Below, one piece after another: positions 46,317-55,730 of a stretch of DNA of 64,000 nt. The stretch covers positions 20,963 through 84,962 of the forward strand of contig CAZINP010000002.1 in assembly GCA_964540635.1 (NCBI GenBank), read 5' to 3'. Position 1 is the stretch's first letter. Every line of letters starts with the position of its first letter. A program made the position numbers and the translations under genes. Under the pieces are notes generated by a model. It saw only the letters and a list, made by a program, of their open reading frames with translations, searched no databases and was not told the DNA's origin. This stretch comes from an uncultured Gammaproteobacteria bacterium (lineage in GTDB: Bacteria; Patescibacteriota; Patescibacteriia; Buchananbacterales; UBA6539).

Positions 46317-47039
46317 ATGGAAATCATCACATTCTTTTGGCATTACTATTTGTATGTTCCGCTTTTTAATTTTCTTGTTTGGCTTTATTTAAATTTTTCC
46401 AATTACAATTTTGGCGTTACCATCATAATTTTAACCGTCCTTCTAAGAATTATCCTTCTGCCTTTTTCAATTCTTACGGAAAAGGGTAAATTTACCGCCG
46501 AGGAATTAAGAAAAGAAGTAATGCAAATAAATCGTGATTTTGCCGGCGATCCGGTCAGAAAAAAAATTGCCATACGCCAGGCAATGAAAAAGAAAAAAAT
46601 AAGACCATGGGCAAAAACCATTGCTTTGGCCGCCCAAGGCTTGGTTCTTTTTCTTTTATATCAAGTTTTTATCGGTGGAATTAACACCCAAGAAAAACTT
46701 CATCAAATTTACCCCTTTATCCAAGCGCCGGACTTTATTAATACTTCATTTCTTTGGATGAACTTGGCAATAAGGGATTTTTTCATATCTTTTCTGGTTG
46801 GTATTTATCTTTTTGCCGGAATTGTTTTTGAGAGAAGAATTCATAACTACAAACCAAGCAGAAAAGAACAAATTTTTTCATTATTTTTCCCGATCTTTTG
46901 TTTTGTTCTTTTATATTATTTGCCTTCAGCCAAGTCACTTTTTGTTTTGACATCAATGATTTTTTCTTCTATAATTACCTTGATTTCATTTTTAATCAAA
47001 TTTAGTATTAAAAAAGCGGCATTAGCGTCGCAAGACTAA
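46317..47039 (+). CDS. yidC: membrane protein insertase YidC/Oxa1 (short form)
   Basis: 'GVTIIILTVLLRIILLPFSI' then amphipathic 'ELRKEVMQINRDFAGDPVRKKIAIRQAMKKKKIRPW' (YidC C1 helix hairpin); five TMs. Confidence 0.65.
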   Translation: MEIITFFWHYYLYVPLFNFLVWLYLNFSNYNFGVTIIILTVLLRIILLPFSILTEKGKFTAEELRKEVMQINRDFAGDPVRKKIAIRQAMKKKKIRPWAKTIALAAQGLVLFLLYQVFIGGINTQEKLHQIYPFIQAPDFINTSFLWMNLAIRDFFISFLVGIYLFAGIVFERRIHNYKPSRKEQIFSLFFPIFCFVLLYYLPSAKSLFVLTSMIFSSIITLISFLIKFSIKKAALASQD

Positions 47040-47043
47040 AAAT

Positions 47044-47604
47044 ATGGCAGAAGACGGTCTAGATAAATTAATGTATTCATTCGTCGTCGAAGACGTTTTG
47101 AAGGGTTTTTTTATTCACGTCCCACCCGGATATGTTGCCTGTGTTTATGATTTGGGTCGAGGCGTATTAAAAAAGATTTACAAACCAGGGCTGCATTTGA
47201 AAATTCCTTTTTGGCAAAGAGCCACGTTATTTAACACCCAAACACTGGAATATGATATCGGGAAAAGATACAACCAAGATAGACCGGAATTGCTTGGCGA
47301 TTCTCCTATCACGGCCACAAGTGCTGATGGCAAAAAAATCAGTATTGAGGGCACTATTTTAATGAGACTTGATCAAGAACAAATTCCTGAAATTTGGCAA
47401 AGTATCGGTCAGAATTTTGTTGAAAAAATTATTCGTCCTACCATCCAAAGCCGAATGAGAATGATTGCCGCAAAATATACTTTAAATGAAATGGGGACCA
47501 GCAAACGCGCGGAAGTAGAAATTGATGCCAGACAAGAACTTGAAAGGATCTTGTACCCAAGAGGTATTTTTGTTGAAAACGTTTTGCTGAAAGAAATATA
47601 CTAA
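47044..47604 (+). CDS. SPFH/band-7 domain protein
   Basis: 'KIYKPGLHLKIPFWQRATLFNTQTLEYDI...' and 'IRPTIQSRMRMIAAKYTLNEM', typical of the stomatin/prohibitin fold. Confidence 0.55.
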   Translation: MAEDGLDKLMYSFVVEDVLKGFFIHVPPGYVACVYDLGRGVLKKIYKPGLHLKIPFWQRATLFNTQTLEYDIGKRYNQDRPELLGDSPITATSADGKKISIEGTILMRLDQEQIPEIWQSIGQNFVEKIIRPTIQSRMRMIAAKYTLNEMGTSKRAEVEIDARQELERILYPRGIFVENVLLKEIY

Positions 47605-47613
47605 ATCCGATTT

Positions 47614-47638
47614 AAAACAGCCCCGCAAGGGGCTGTTT
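47614..47638 (+). terminator. intrinsic terminator
   Basis: AAACAGCCCCgcaaGGGGCTGTTT plus T-rich tail. Confidence 0.6.
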
Positions 47639-47649
47639 ATAATAATTTT

Positions 47650-48087
47650 ATGAAGATTATAAGTCCTGCCTTCAAAGATGGCGATATGATGCCGAAACAA
47701 TATACTTGTGACGGCATAGACATAAATCCGCCCCTTGAATTTATGGATGTGCCAATCCAATCACAAAGTCTTCTTCTGACAGTTATTGACCAGGAGGCTG
47801 TTGGGGGAGAGTGGGTTCACTGGTTAATCTGGAATATCGCTCCGACAATAAAAAAAATAGACGAGGGATCGGCCCCAATAGAATCCGTGTTAGGTCTAAA
47901 CAGTTTTAAAAGAGTAGAATGGGGCGGACCATGCCCACCAAGCGGTAAACATGACTATGTTTTTACTCTTTATGCCCTTGACTCAATGCTGGATTTGCCA
48001 ATTGATACCACCATCTTTAAAATTATGCAGATAATCAAAGACCATATTGTTGACAGGGCAGCAATAACCGCCCATTACGAACGTTAA
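47650..48087 (+). CDS. YbhB/YbcL-family PEBP (Raf-kinase-inhibitor-like) protein
   Basis: 'HWLIWNIAP' and 'GGPCPPSGKHDYVFTLYALD'. Confidence 0.8.
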   Translation: MKIISPAFKDGDMMPKQYTCDGIDINPPLEFMDVPIQSQSLLLTVIDQEAVGGEWVHWLIWNIAPTIKKIDEGSAPIESVLGLNSFKRVEWGGPCPPSGKHDYVFTLYALDSMLDLPIDTTIFKIMQIIKDHIVDRAAITAHYER

Positions 48088-48252
48088 AATTTTCCACAGT
48101 CAATTTAATAAAAATTGAAAAACTCTTTCCTAAAAACCTGTCAAGACCCAGAAACAAAGAGGATTATAAAATTGTTAATAAACTGTTTCTAAAATAAGCA
48201 TTTTAGGTCTTGCTAATTTTATTCGTATCTGATAAGATATTTTTATCATTTT

Positions 48253-49944
48253 ATGTTTGCAAAAAAAAATAAGATTCAAATTGCGTTAATCACAATAATA
48301 ATAATGGCGGTTTTGGCCATTATGATTGATTTTCCGCAACAATTACAAAAGTCGGGATTTCCCATTCCGTCGTTTTTGAATTTGCCTTATAGATTAGGGC
48401 TTGATTTACAGGGTGGAACACAGCTTATTTATACAGCTGATGTTTCAAATATTGCCACCGGAGACCAAGAAAGTGCGGTCGAAGGTGTTAGAGATGTTAT
48501 TGAACGCCGAGTTAATGCTTTTGGTGTAGCCGAACCATTGGTTCAAACTTCTAAAGTTGAAGATTCTTATCGAATTATAGTTGAATTGGCTGGCGTTTCC
48601 GATATCAATCAGGCAATAAAAATGATTGGCGAAACACCTCTTTTGGAATTCAAAGAATTAAACCCGGTTCAAGCAGTCAGCATTACAGAGGATCAAAAAA
48701 AGGAAATGGATGCCTATAATTCAGAAGCTCTTAAGAAAGCTCAAAGTACTCTAGCTGAAGCCTTAAAGCTTGGTTCTAATTTTAGCGATCTTGCCAAAAA
48801 ATACAGCGAGGATTCCGGCTCAAAAGACAACGGTGGTGATTTAGGCTTTGTAAAAAGAGGGGTTATGGTTTCAGAGTTTGAAAAGGCATGTTTTGATGAT
48901 CTTAATGATGGTGAAATCGATAAAAATTTAGTTAAAACTGAATACGGCTATCACATTATTAAACGCGTGGCTCATAAGGGAGAAGGGGATAATTTGGAAG
49001 TACAGTGCAGTCATATATTATTTTTGACAAAGTCGGAGGTTGATTTTGGCACGGTTCCTGATCAGTGGCTTTTAACCGGATTAAGCGGGAAACAATTAAC
49101 CAAGGCTCAGGTTACCTTTGATTCCAACACTCAGATGCCAATGATTAGTTTAGAGTTTAACAGTGAAGGCAAGGATTTATTTTCCGAAATAACTACAAGA
49201 AACATTGGAAAGCCGGTTGCGATTTTCTTAGACGGCGAACCGATAAGCACTCCAACCGTCCAAGAGGCGATTAAGGATGGTAAAGCGGTTATCAATGGTA
49301 AATTCACAATTCCAGAAGCAAAATTGTTGGCCCAAAGGCTTAATGCCGGTGCCTTACCCGTTCCAATCAACATGATTTCACAAAAAACAGTCGGGGCGAG
49401 CCTTGGAAGTGAATCCGTTAATCAAAGCGTAAAAGCTGGTATTTTAAGCTTGATTTTAATCTGCTTGTTCATGATTTTATATTATCGCTTACCCGGCTTA
49501 GTTTCTTCAATTGCTTTACTATTCTATGCCGTCGTGGTTGTTGCCGTTTTTAAGATTTTAAACGTTACCCTTACCTTATCCGGAATTGCCGGCTTTGTCC
49601 TGTCGTTAGGTATGGCTGTTGATGCCAATATTCTTATTTTTGAGCGCTTAAAAGAAGAAATTAGATGGGGTAAACCATTTTCCATGGCAATTGAAGAAGG
49701 ATTTAAGCGTGCCTGGTCTTCAATTTTAGACGGCCACGTTGCTACACTTATATCTTGTGGTATCTTAATTTGGTTTTCCACCAGCATGATTAAAGGCTTT
49801 GCCATAACTTTAGCAATCGGCACAATCATGAGTTTATTTTCGGCCATTGTTGTTACCCGCATCATCATCAAAGCATTAACCAAAATCAATAGCCTTAATA
49901 AAAACTGGCTTTACGGCGTTAGCAAAAAATCAATCAACAAATAA
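48253..49944 (+). CDS. secD: protein translocase subunit SecD with an inserted parvulin (PpiC) domain in the periplasmic loop
   Basis: N-terminal TM; P1 domain interrupted by 'LAKKYSEDSGSKDNGGDLGFVKRGVMVSEFEKACFDDLNDGEI...YGYHIIKR' (PpiC signature); C-terminal six-TM SecD core 'LGMAVDANILIFERLKEE'. Confidence 0.75.
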   Translation: MFAKKNKIQIALITIIIMAVLAIMIDFPQQLQKSGFPIPSFLNLPYRLGLDLQGGTQLIYTADVSNIATGDQESAVEGVRDVIERRVNAFGVAEPLVQTSKVEDSYRIIVELAGVSDINQAIKMIGETPLLEFKELNPVQAVSITEDQKKEMDAYNSEALKKAQSTLAEALKLGSNFSDLAKKYSEDSGSKDNGGDLGFVKRGVMVSEFEKACFDDLNDGEIDKNLVKTEYGYHIIKRVAHKGEGDNLEVQCSHILFLTKSEVDFGTVPDQWLLTGLSGKQLTKAQVTFDSNTQMPMISLEFNSEGKDLFSEITTRNIGKPVAIFLDGEPISTPTVQEAIKDGKAVINGKFTIPEAKLLAQRLNAGALPVPINMISQKTVGASLGSESVNQSVKAGILSLILICLFMILYYRLPGLVSSIALLFYAVVVVAVFKILNVTLTLSGIAGFVLSLGMAVDANILIFERLKEEIRWGKPFSMAIEEGFKRAWSSILDGHVATLISCGILIWFSTSMIKGFAITLAIGTIMSLFSAIVVTRIIIKALTKINSLNKNWLYGVSKKSINK

Positions 49945-49947
49945 TCT

Positions 49948-50862
49948 ATGATATCAATAATTAAAAAAAGAAAAATTTGGCTGACCCTTTCTTCAATAAT
50001 GGTTATTATCAGCATTGTTTCTTTTGCCCTATACGGCTTAAAGCTCGGCATTGATTTTACCGGCGGCAGTTTGCTTGAAGTTGAGTATTTTGTTGAAAGA
50101 CCAACCAATCAATTTGTCAGCGATGCTTTAGGTGAAATTGGCTTAACCAATGCCGTTATTCAACCCTTGGGTGATAATGGCATGACAATACGCCTTAAAG
50201 AAATCGATGAAAATACGCATCAGCAGATTATCTCAACCCTTAAGGAAAAACTTAAAACTAACGATTCTCCGGAAGTGGTGCTTGAAGAAAAACAATTTGA
50301 TTCTATTGGACCAACCATCGGACAAGAGTTAAAAAATAAATCTGTTTGGGCATTGATTATTGTGGGCGTCGCAATTATTACCTATATCGCTTGGGCATTC
50401 AGAAAAGTCTCAAAACCGGTTGCCTCCTGGAAGTATGGTTTAATTGTTACTATTGCTTTGTTTCACGATATTATTATCGTTGTGGGTGCATTTTCTTTGC
50501 TTGGACACTTTTATGGAATTGAAGTTAATGCTCCGTTTATCGCTGCGCTTTTAACAATTTTTGGTTATTCTAATAATGATACAATCGTTGTCTTTGATCG
50601 CATCAGAGAAAACCTCAAAAAGCATCACAATAAAGATTTTGAAGAAGTTGTTGAAAATAGCATCAGCGAAGTTATCGTTAGATCAATAAACACCTCTTTT
50701 ACCGTATTAATGGCGCTTTTGGCAATTTACATTTTTGGAGGTCGCTCAATTTCTGACTTTACCCTTGCTCTTATTATGGGTGTAATTGTTGGAACCTACT
50801 CCTCAATTTTCTTGGCAAGCCCGCTTTTGGTTGTTTGGGAAAAAATATCACAAAAAAAATAA
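49948..50862 (+). CDS. secF: protein translocase subunit SecF
   Basis: 'GIDFTGGSLLEV' ... 'FGYSNNDTIVVFDRIREN' ... six TMs. Confidence 0.85.
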   Translation: MISIIKKRKIWLTLSSIMVIISIVSFALYGLKLGIDFTGGSLLEVEYFVERPTNQFVSDALGEIGLTNAVIQPLGDNGMTIRLKEIDENTHQQIISTLKEKLKTNDSPEVVLEEKQFDSIGPTIGQELKNKSVWALIIVGVAIITYIAWAFRKVSKPVASWKYGLIVTIALFHDIIIVVGAFSLLGHFYGIEVNAPFIAALLTIFGYSNNDTIVVFDRIRENLKKHHNKDFEEVVENSISEVIVRSINTSFTVLMALLAIYIFGGRSISDFTLALIMGVIVGTYSSIFLASPLLVVWEKISQKK

Positions 50863-51041
50863 GTATATAAAAACAACAGCTATAACCTAGCTGCTGTTTT
50901 TTATTTTTAATTTCTATAGATGGCTATACTTGACATAGTCCTCTTTTTATGATATTCTTAAGGTGTTAAAAAATATCCACTCACATATTTAAGAATTATA
51001 GCTTATTTTAGCAAAATTTATTAGATATTTAGGTTAAAAAT

Positions 51042-52208
51042 ATGGAAAATAACAACTCAATATTGGATAAAATCATTGAAAGTCAAGAAAAAAGACAAGC
51101 ATCTCAATTTAATCCAAACGACCTCGTCTCTTTACTTTTAAAAAATCTTTCTTCTAAAGAAAGCGACATTTTAAGTCGCCGTTTTGGTATTTTGGGTAAA
51201 AAAAGAGAAACACTTGAAGAGATTGGTAAATATTATGAAATTACCAGAGAAAGAATTAGGCAGATTGAAATGTCTACCATTAAGAAACTCAAAGATTTAA
51301 AGAGTTTTAGACAAAATATTGAAGCGGCTGAACAACACATCACTCATTTACTTGAAAACCACGGCGGAATTATGGAAGAGGGTTTTTTGATGGAAGAAAT
51401 CGGTTATAACGATGAAACTCAAAATCAATCAATTAAATTCATCTTAAACCACCTTATTAACGATAAAGTTGAACCGATAAAAAGTGACTCGCATCTTTTG
51501 AGTGGTTGGAAATTGCCTGTTTTGCAGACAAATATTGTGAAAGACATGATAAATGAGTTAATGGAAATCATTAATCTTGAAAACAGGCTTTTAAAACTTG
51601 AGGAATTGCTTGGAAAAATGCGCGAGCGCGATTTTTATACGAACAACAAAGAACACTTTTTGGGTTTGAAACTTGGAACTGACGAAGAAAAACTTGAAAA
51701 TGAACTTGATAAAATAGTTCATTCATACTTAAGAGTTGCCAAAAATATTGATAAAAATATTCTTGGCGAATGGGGTTTAGCCAATTGGAATGCCGTTAAA
51801 CCCAAAAGAATGAGTGATAAGATTTACTTGGTTTTAAGAAAAGCCAATAAACCTTTACATTTTGTTGAAATTACCGATTTAATCAACCAATCAGAATTTG
51901 ATAAAAAAACCGCTTATCCGGCTACAATTCACAATGAATTAATCTTAGATGAAAGATTTGTTTTGGTCGGCCGCGGAATTTACGCCCTGAAAGAATGGGG
52001 TTATAAAAATGGCACAGTAATGGACATTATTGTTGATGTTTTAAAAAACTCTGATCAACCGATGACCAAAGATCAAATCACACAGGCTGTTTTAGACCAA
52101 AGAATTGTCAGAAAAAGCACAATTGACCTTGCTTTAACCAATAAAGCCAAAATCAAGAAAACCGCAGACGGCAAATATACTCTTGCCGAAGCCAAGATCG
52201 AGGCTTAA
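51042..52208 (+). CDS. hypothetical protein with sigma-70 region-4-like HTH
   Basis: 'SRRFGILGKKRETLEEIGKYYEITRERIRQIEMSTIKKLK' resembles sigma-70 r4; the remainder is unrecognised. A TTGACA-17-TATTCT promoter lies upstream (50922-50951). Confidence 0.4.
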   Translation: MENNNSILDKIIESQEKRQASQFNPNDLVSLLLKNLSSKESDILSRRFGILGKKRETLEEIGKYYEITRERIRQIEMSTIKKLKDLKSFRQNIEAAEQHITHLLENHGGIMEEGFLMEEIGYNDETQNQSIKFILNHLINDKVEPIKSDSHLLSGWKLPVLQTNIVKDMINELMEIINLENRLLKLEELLGKMRERDFYTNNKEHFLGLKLGTDEEKLENELDKIVHSYLRVAKNIDKNILGEWGLANWNAVKPKRMSDKIYLVLRKANKPLHFVEITDLINQSEFDKKTAYPATIHNELILDERFVLVGRGIYALKEWGYKNGTVMDIIVDVLKNSDQPMTKDQITQAVLDQRIVRKSTIDLALTNKAKIKKTADGKYTLAEAKIEA

Positions 52209-52246
52209 CCTTTGAATAAAAAACAAAAATAAAATATAATTGATAT

Positions 52247-53689
52247 ATGGAGTTTGTTATTGATTTATCTGGAATACCGACCGGCAGCCCAATCTTATTC
52301 GGCTGGTGGTTTTTTAAAACAATTGGCTGGATTTTTCCGGTCATTTTTGTTGTCATGGGGATTATTGATTATTGGCAGAGTCAACTTAAGGATAAATACA
52401 GAAAAACCCGCAAATACATTACTCTGGCCATAGACGTGCCCAAAAACTTAGAAATTGGCCCCTTGTCGGTTGAGAATATTTTTAATCAACTTGCCGGTGC
52501 ACAAATGGGTGTTGGTCGAATGGAAAAATGGTGGACGGGTGAAATCCCAGATAGCTTTTCGTTTGAAATTGTCAGTATTGGGGGGTATATCCAATTCCTG
52601 ATAAATTGCTGCGAACAATATCGTGATTTAGTCGAAGCAATTATTTATGCTCAATACCCGGACGCAGAAATAATGGAAGTTGAAGATTACACCAAAGATT
52701 ATAAAAAAATCAAATTTCCGAACAGTAAATATGAACTCTGGGGCACAGAAATTATTTTGGATAAAAAAGATTTTCTGCCCATCAGAACTTATACTGAATT
52801 TGAACATAATGTAGAAGGCTATCGCGACTCTATGGCCGGCCTACTTGAAGCCCTCACTAGAATTGCTCCGGGTGAACAAATATGGTTGCAATTCGTCGTA
52901 ACCCCAGCAGGAAACGACTGGGCAGAGAAAGGTAAGATTGAAATTAAAAAAATGATTGGCGAAAAGGTGGAAAAGAAAAAAGATATTTTTGATAAAATTT
53001 ACGATTTTCCACTATCAATTCTTAGTCTTGTTGGTGATTCAATCGGTTTTGGCGGTGAGGGTGGTGGAGACAAAAAATCGTCTGATTTAATCAATAAAGT
53101 TCCACATCTAACCGACGGCGAAAAACTTGTCGTTAAATCAGCTGGCCGTAAAATTAGTAAATTAGGTTTTTATACAAAAATTCGAGTAATATATTTAGCC
53201 GAAAAAGAACAATTCAAATCAATTGTTCCAAAGGTGATAATGGGGGGTTTCAAACAATTCAACACTTTGGACATGAACGCCTTTAAAACTGATTCAAAAA
53301 CTAAAACTGGCGGCATTGTATATCGAAAGAAAAAAAGGCTGGCTGAAAGAAAAAATAAAATCTTAAAAAGATTTTCGAGTCGTGGCCACGATTTAGAGCC
53401 AGGGACATATGGCAATGTTTTAAATAGCGAAGAACTTGCAACGCTTTATCATTTCCCAACCCTAAATGTTAAAGCGCCGATGTTAAAACATTCTGAAGCC
53501 AAGAAGGCTGAGCCGCCCATGACATTGCCGGTAGAAAACGGCAATCATTTTCTTTCCAAAAAACCGATATCGGCACCTTCAAGCATCGCGGCCGATACTG
53601 TTAGCGTTACTGAAAATCCAACCGTACAAATAATTGAGCCCCAAAGCTCAGCTAAGGCTGAGCCGCCGGCTAATCTCCCAATTGGATAA
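52247..53689 (+). CDS. hypothetical membrane-anchored protein (N-terminal TM hairpin, Gly-rich segment, C-terminal 'AKAEPP' repeats)
   Basis: TM 'PILFGWWFFKTIGWIFPVIFVVMGII'; 'GFGGEGGGDKKSS'; 'EAKKAEPP'/'SAKAEPP'; the next gene overlaps or abuts it. Confidence 0.4.
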   Translation: MEFVIDLSGIPTGSPILFGWWFFKTIGWIFPVIFVVMGIIDYWQSQLKDKYRKTRKYITLAIDVPKNLEIGPLSVENIFNQLAGAQMGVGRMEKWWTGEIPDSFSFEIVSIGGYIQFLINCCEQYRDLVEAIIYAQYPDAEIMEVEDYTKDYKKIKFPNSKYELWGTEIILDKKDFLPIRTYTEFEHNVEGYRDSMAGLLEALTRIAPGEQIWLQFVVTPAGNDWAEKGKIEIKKMIGEKVEKKKDIFDKIYDFPLSILSLVGDSIGFGGEGGGDKKSSDLINKVPHLTDGEKLVVKSAGRKISKLGFYTKIRVIYLAEKEQFKSIVPKVIMGGFKQFNTLDMNAFKTDSKTKTGGIVYRKKKRLAERKNKILKRFSSRGHDLEPGTYGNVLNSEELATLYHFPTLNVKAPMLKHSEAKKAEPPMTLPVENGNHFLSKKPISAPSSIAADTVSVTENPTVQIIEPQSSAKAEPPANLPIG

Positions 53690-53702
53690 TCGTACTTTAT
53701 TT

Positions 53703-55661
53703 ATGGAGGAACAAAATCAAACAATAAAACCAGAGCCAAAATTCCAGAAAGATATCTGTTTTTTTGGCGTAACAAATTTTCGAAATAGAAGAGTTAAATT
53801 TGGAATAAAAAAAGACGATAGAAGACGACACATGTATCTCATCGGTAAAACCGGTATGGGTAAATCAACGGTGATGGAAAATATGATCATCCAGGATATT
53901 TGGAATGGAGAGGGGGTTGCCCTTGTTGACCCGCACGGCGATTTTGCAGAAAAAATTCTTGATTGGATACCAAGTCACAGAATTAACGACGTAATCTATT
54001 TTAACCCATCAGATATAGACTATCCGATTGCTTTTAATGTAATGGAATCAGCCACCAGAGAACATAAGCACTTAATTGCCTCCGGGCTTATTGGCGTGTT
54101 TAAAAAGCTGTGGGCTGACTCTTGGGGCCCCAGACTTGAATATTTGCTTAGAAACGCAATTTTGGCCCTTTTGGACTACCCCGGCAGCACCCTGCTTGGT
54201 GTAATGAGAATTTTAGTCAACAAAGAATATCGGGAAAAAGTGATTGAAAAATGCCAAGATCCGGTTGTTAAGTCATTTTGGGTTGAAGAATATTCAAAAT
54301 ATACCCAACAATTTGCGGTTGAAGCCATTGCGCCTATTCAAAATAAAGTCGGCCAATTTTTGTCAACGGCCATGATTAGAAATGTGGTTGGTCAGGTAAA
54401 ATCAACAATTAACATCAGAGAGATCATGGACGAACAAAAAATCTTGATTATGAATCTCTCCAAGGGTAGGGTAGGCGAGGACGCTTCGGCTCTTTTGGGC
54501 GCAATGATGATCACCAAGATTCAATTGGCGGCTATGAGCCGAATTGATATTCCGGAAAGTGAAAGAAAAGATTTTTATCTATACGTTGACGAATTCCAAA
54601 ATTTTGCGACTGAGTCTTTCGCCAATATTTTATCTGAAGCCAGAAAATATCATTTGGATTTAATAATCGCGCACCAATACGTTGAACAGCTAGATGAAAT
54701 TGTCAGAGCAGCGGTTTTTGGCAACGTTGGAACCATCATGTGTTTTCGGGTGGGCGCGGCTGATGCGGAATTTTTAGAAACAGAATTTGCACCTTATTTT
54801 ACCCCGGAAGATTTGGTCAATTTAACCAAATTTGACAACTACATGAAACTGATGATTGATGGTGTTGCATCAAATCCATTTTCATCTTCTACTTTGCCGC
54901 CCTTAGACAAAGAAGTTTGGACCGGCAACAAACAAAAGGTAATCTCTGTTTCCCGAGAAAGATACGCCAAGCCACGAGAAGTGGTTGAAGACAAAATTAA
55001 TCGCTGGAGCGGCATAAGCGGCTTCATGGAAGATGACGATGACTCCACAACAACTCCTAAGTTTAAAAACGAGAAAACAACCACCCAAGCCCAACCGGCT
55101 AATAGGTCAGACAAAAGATCAGGCAAAAAGACTGAAAAAAAATCTGACAAAAAAAGTGATAACAGTAAGAAATCTAAATCTTTTGGTAAAGTTGAGTGTC
55201 ATGAGTGTGGCAAGTTGACTGAGATAAATTTCAAACCAGACGGTGTCAGGCCGGTTTACTGTCAGTCTTGCTTTCAAAAAATCAGAGAAAAATTGATGCG
55301 CGGCGAAGTTGTCCAGGACTTGATGCAAGAGGTGGAAAATGAATCTGCGCCAACTGTTTCTTTAATGGAAGCTCTTAAGAAAACCCCTCAAAGCTTTGAT
55401 AATAAACCGATAAAAAACAAATTGCACAAAGAAAAAAAGCTTAATAAAAATATTAAAAATGAAAAGGAAGAAGATAGGGAAGAAGATGAAGATGAGGAAG
55501 AGACCTTGGATTATACTCCGGAAATTGACCCGATCATAAACGAAAACAAAAACCCTGCTATCGAAGAAATAATTCAAGGCTCAATGGCATTGGGGTCACA
55601 CCAGCTAGAAGAAGGTAAGCCAGAAAAAAAAGTTTTACCGGGCCAAGTGGTCAAATTTTAA
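53703..55661 (+). CDS. soluble TrwB/TraD/VirD4-like (type IV coupling protein family) P-loop ATPase with C-terminal C4 zinc ribbon and K/E-rich tail
   Basis: 'HMYLIGKTGMGKST...VALVDPHGDF' matches the TrwB_AAD_bind pattern (H.LI.G.TGSGK...DPKGE). Walker B region 'LYVDEFQNF' and 'ARKYHLDLIIAHQYVEQL' resemble the TraG-D_C motif. Zinc ribbon 'CHECGK...CQSCFQK'. Start moved to ATG 53703. Confidence 0.5.
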   Translation: MEEQNQTIKPEPKFQKDICFFGVTNFRNRRVKFGIKKDDRRRHMYLIGKTGMGKSTVMENMIIQDIWNGEGVALVDPHGDFAEKILDWIPSHRINDVIYFNPSDIDYPIAFNVMESATREHKHLIASGLIGVFKKLWADSWGPRLEYLLRNAILALLDYPGSTLLGVMRILVNKEYREKVIEKCQDPVVKSFWVEEYSKYTQQFAVEAIAPIQNKVGQFLSTAMIRNVVGQVKSTINIREIMDEQKILIMNLSKGRVGEDASALLGAMMITKIQLAAMSRIDIPESERKDFYLYVDEFQNFATESFANILSEARKYHLDLIIAHQYVEQLDEIVRAAVFGNVGTIMCFRVGAADAEFLETEFAPYFTPEDLVNLTKFDNYMKLMIDGVASNPFSSSTLPPLDKEVWTGNKQKVISVSRERYAKPREVVEDKINRWSGISGFMEDDDDSTTTPKFKNEKTTTQAQPANRSDKRSGKKTEKKSDKKSDNSKKSKSFGKVECHECGKLTEINFKPDGVRPVYCQSCFQKIREKLMRGEVVQDLMQEVENESAPTVSLMEALKKTPQSFDNKPIKNKLHKEKKLNKNIKNEKEEDREEDEDEEETLDYTPEIDPIINENKNPAIEEIIQGSMALGSHQLEEGKPEKKVLPGQVVKF

Positions 55662-55730
55662 TTTTGACATATATTTTTTATTCCGATAAAATATAAAGAC
55701 AATTTTAAGTCTTTTTTTATTTAACAAACT

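Noticed and set aside
53634-53702. N-terminal 23-aa extension of the TrwB-like ATPase ORF
   Set aside because: It would overlap the upstream gene by 56 nt. The ATG at 53703 ('MEEQNQ') removes the overlap and is used instead. This is low-confidence either way.
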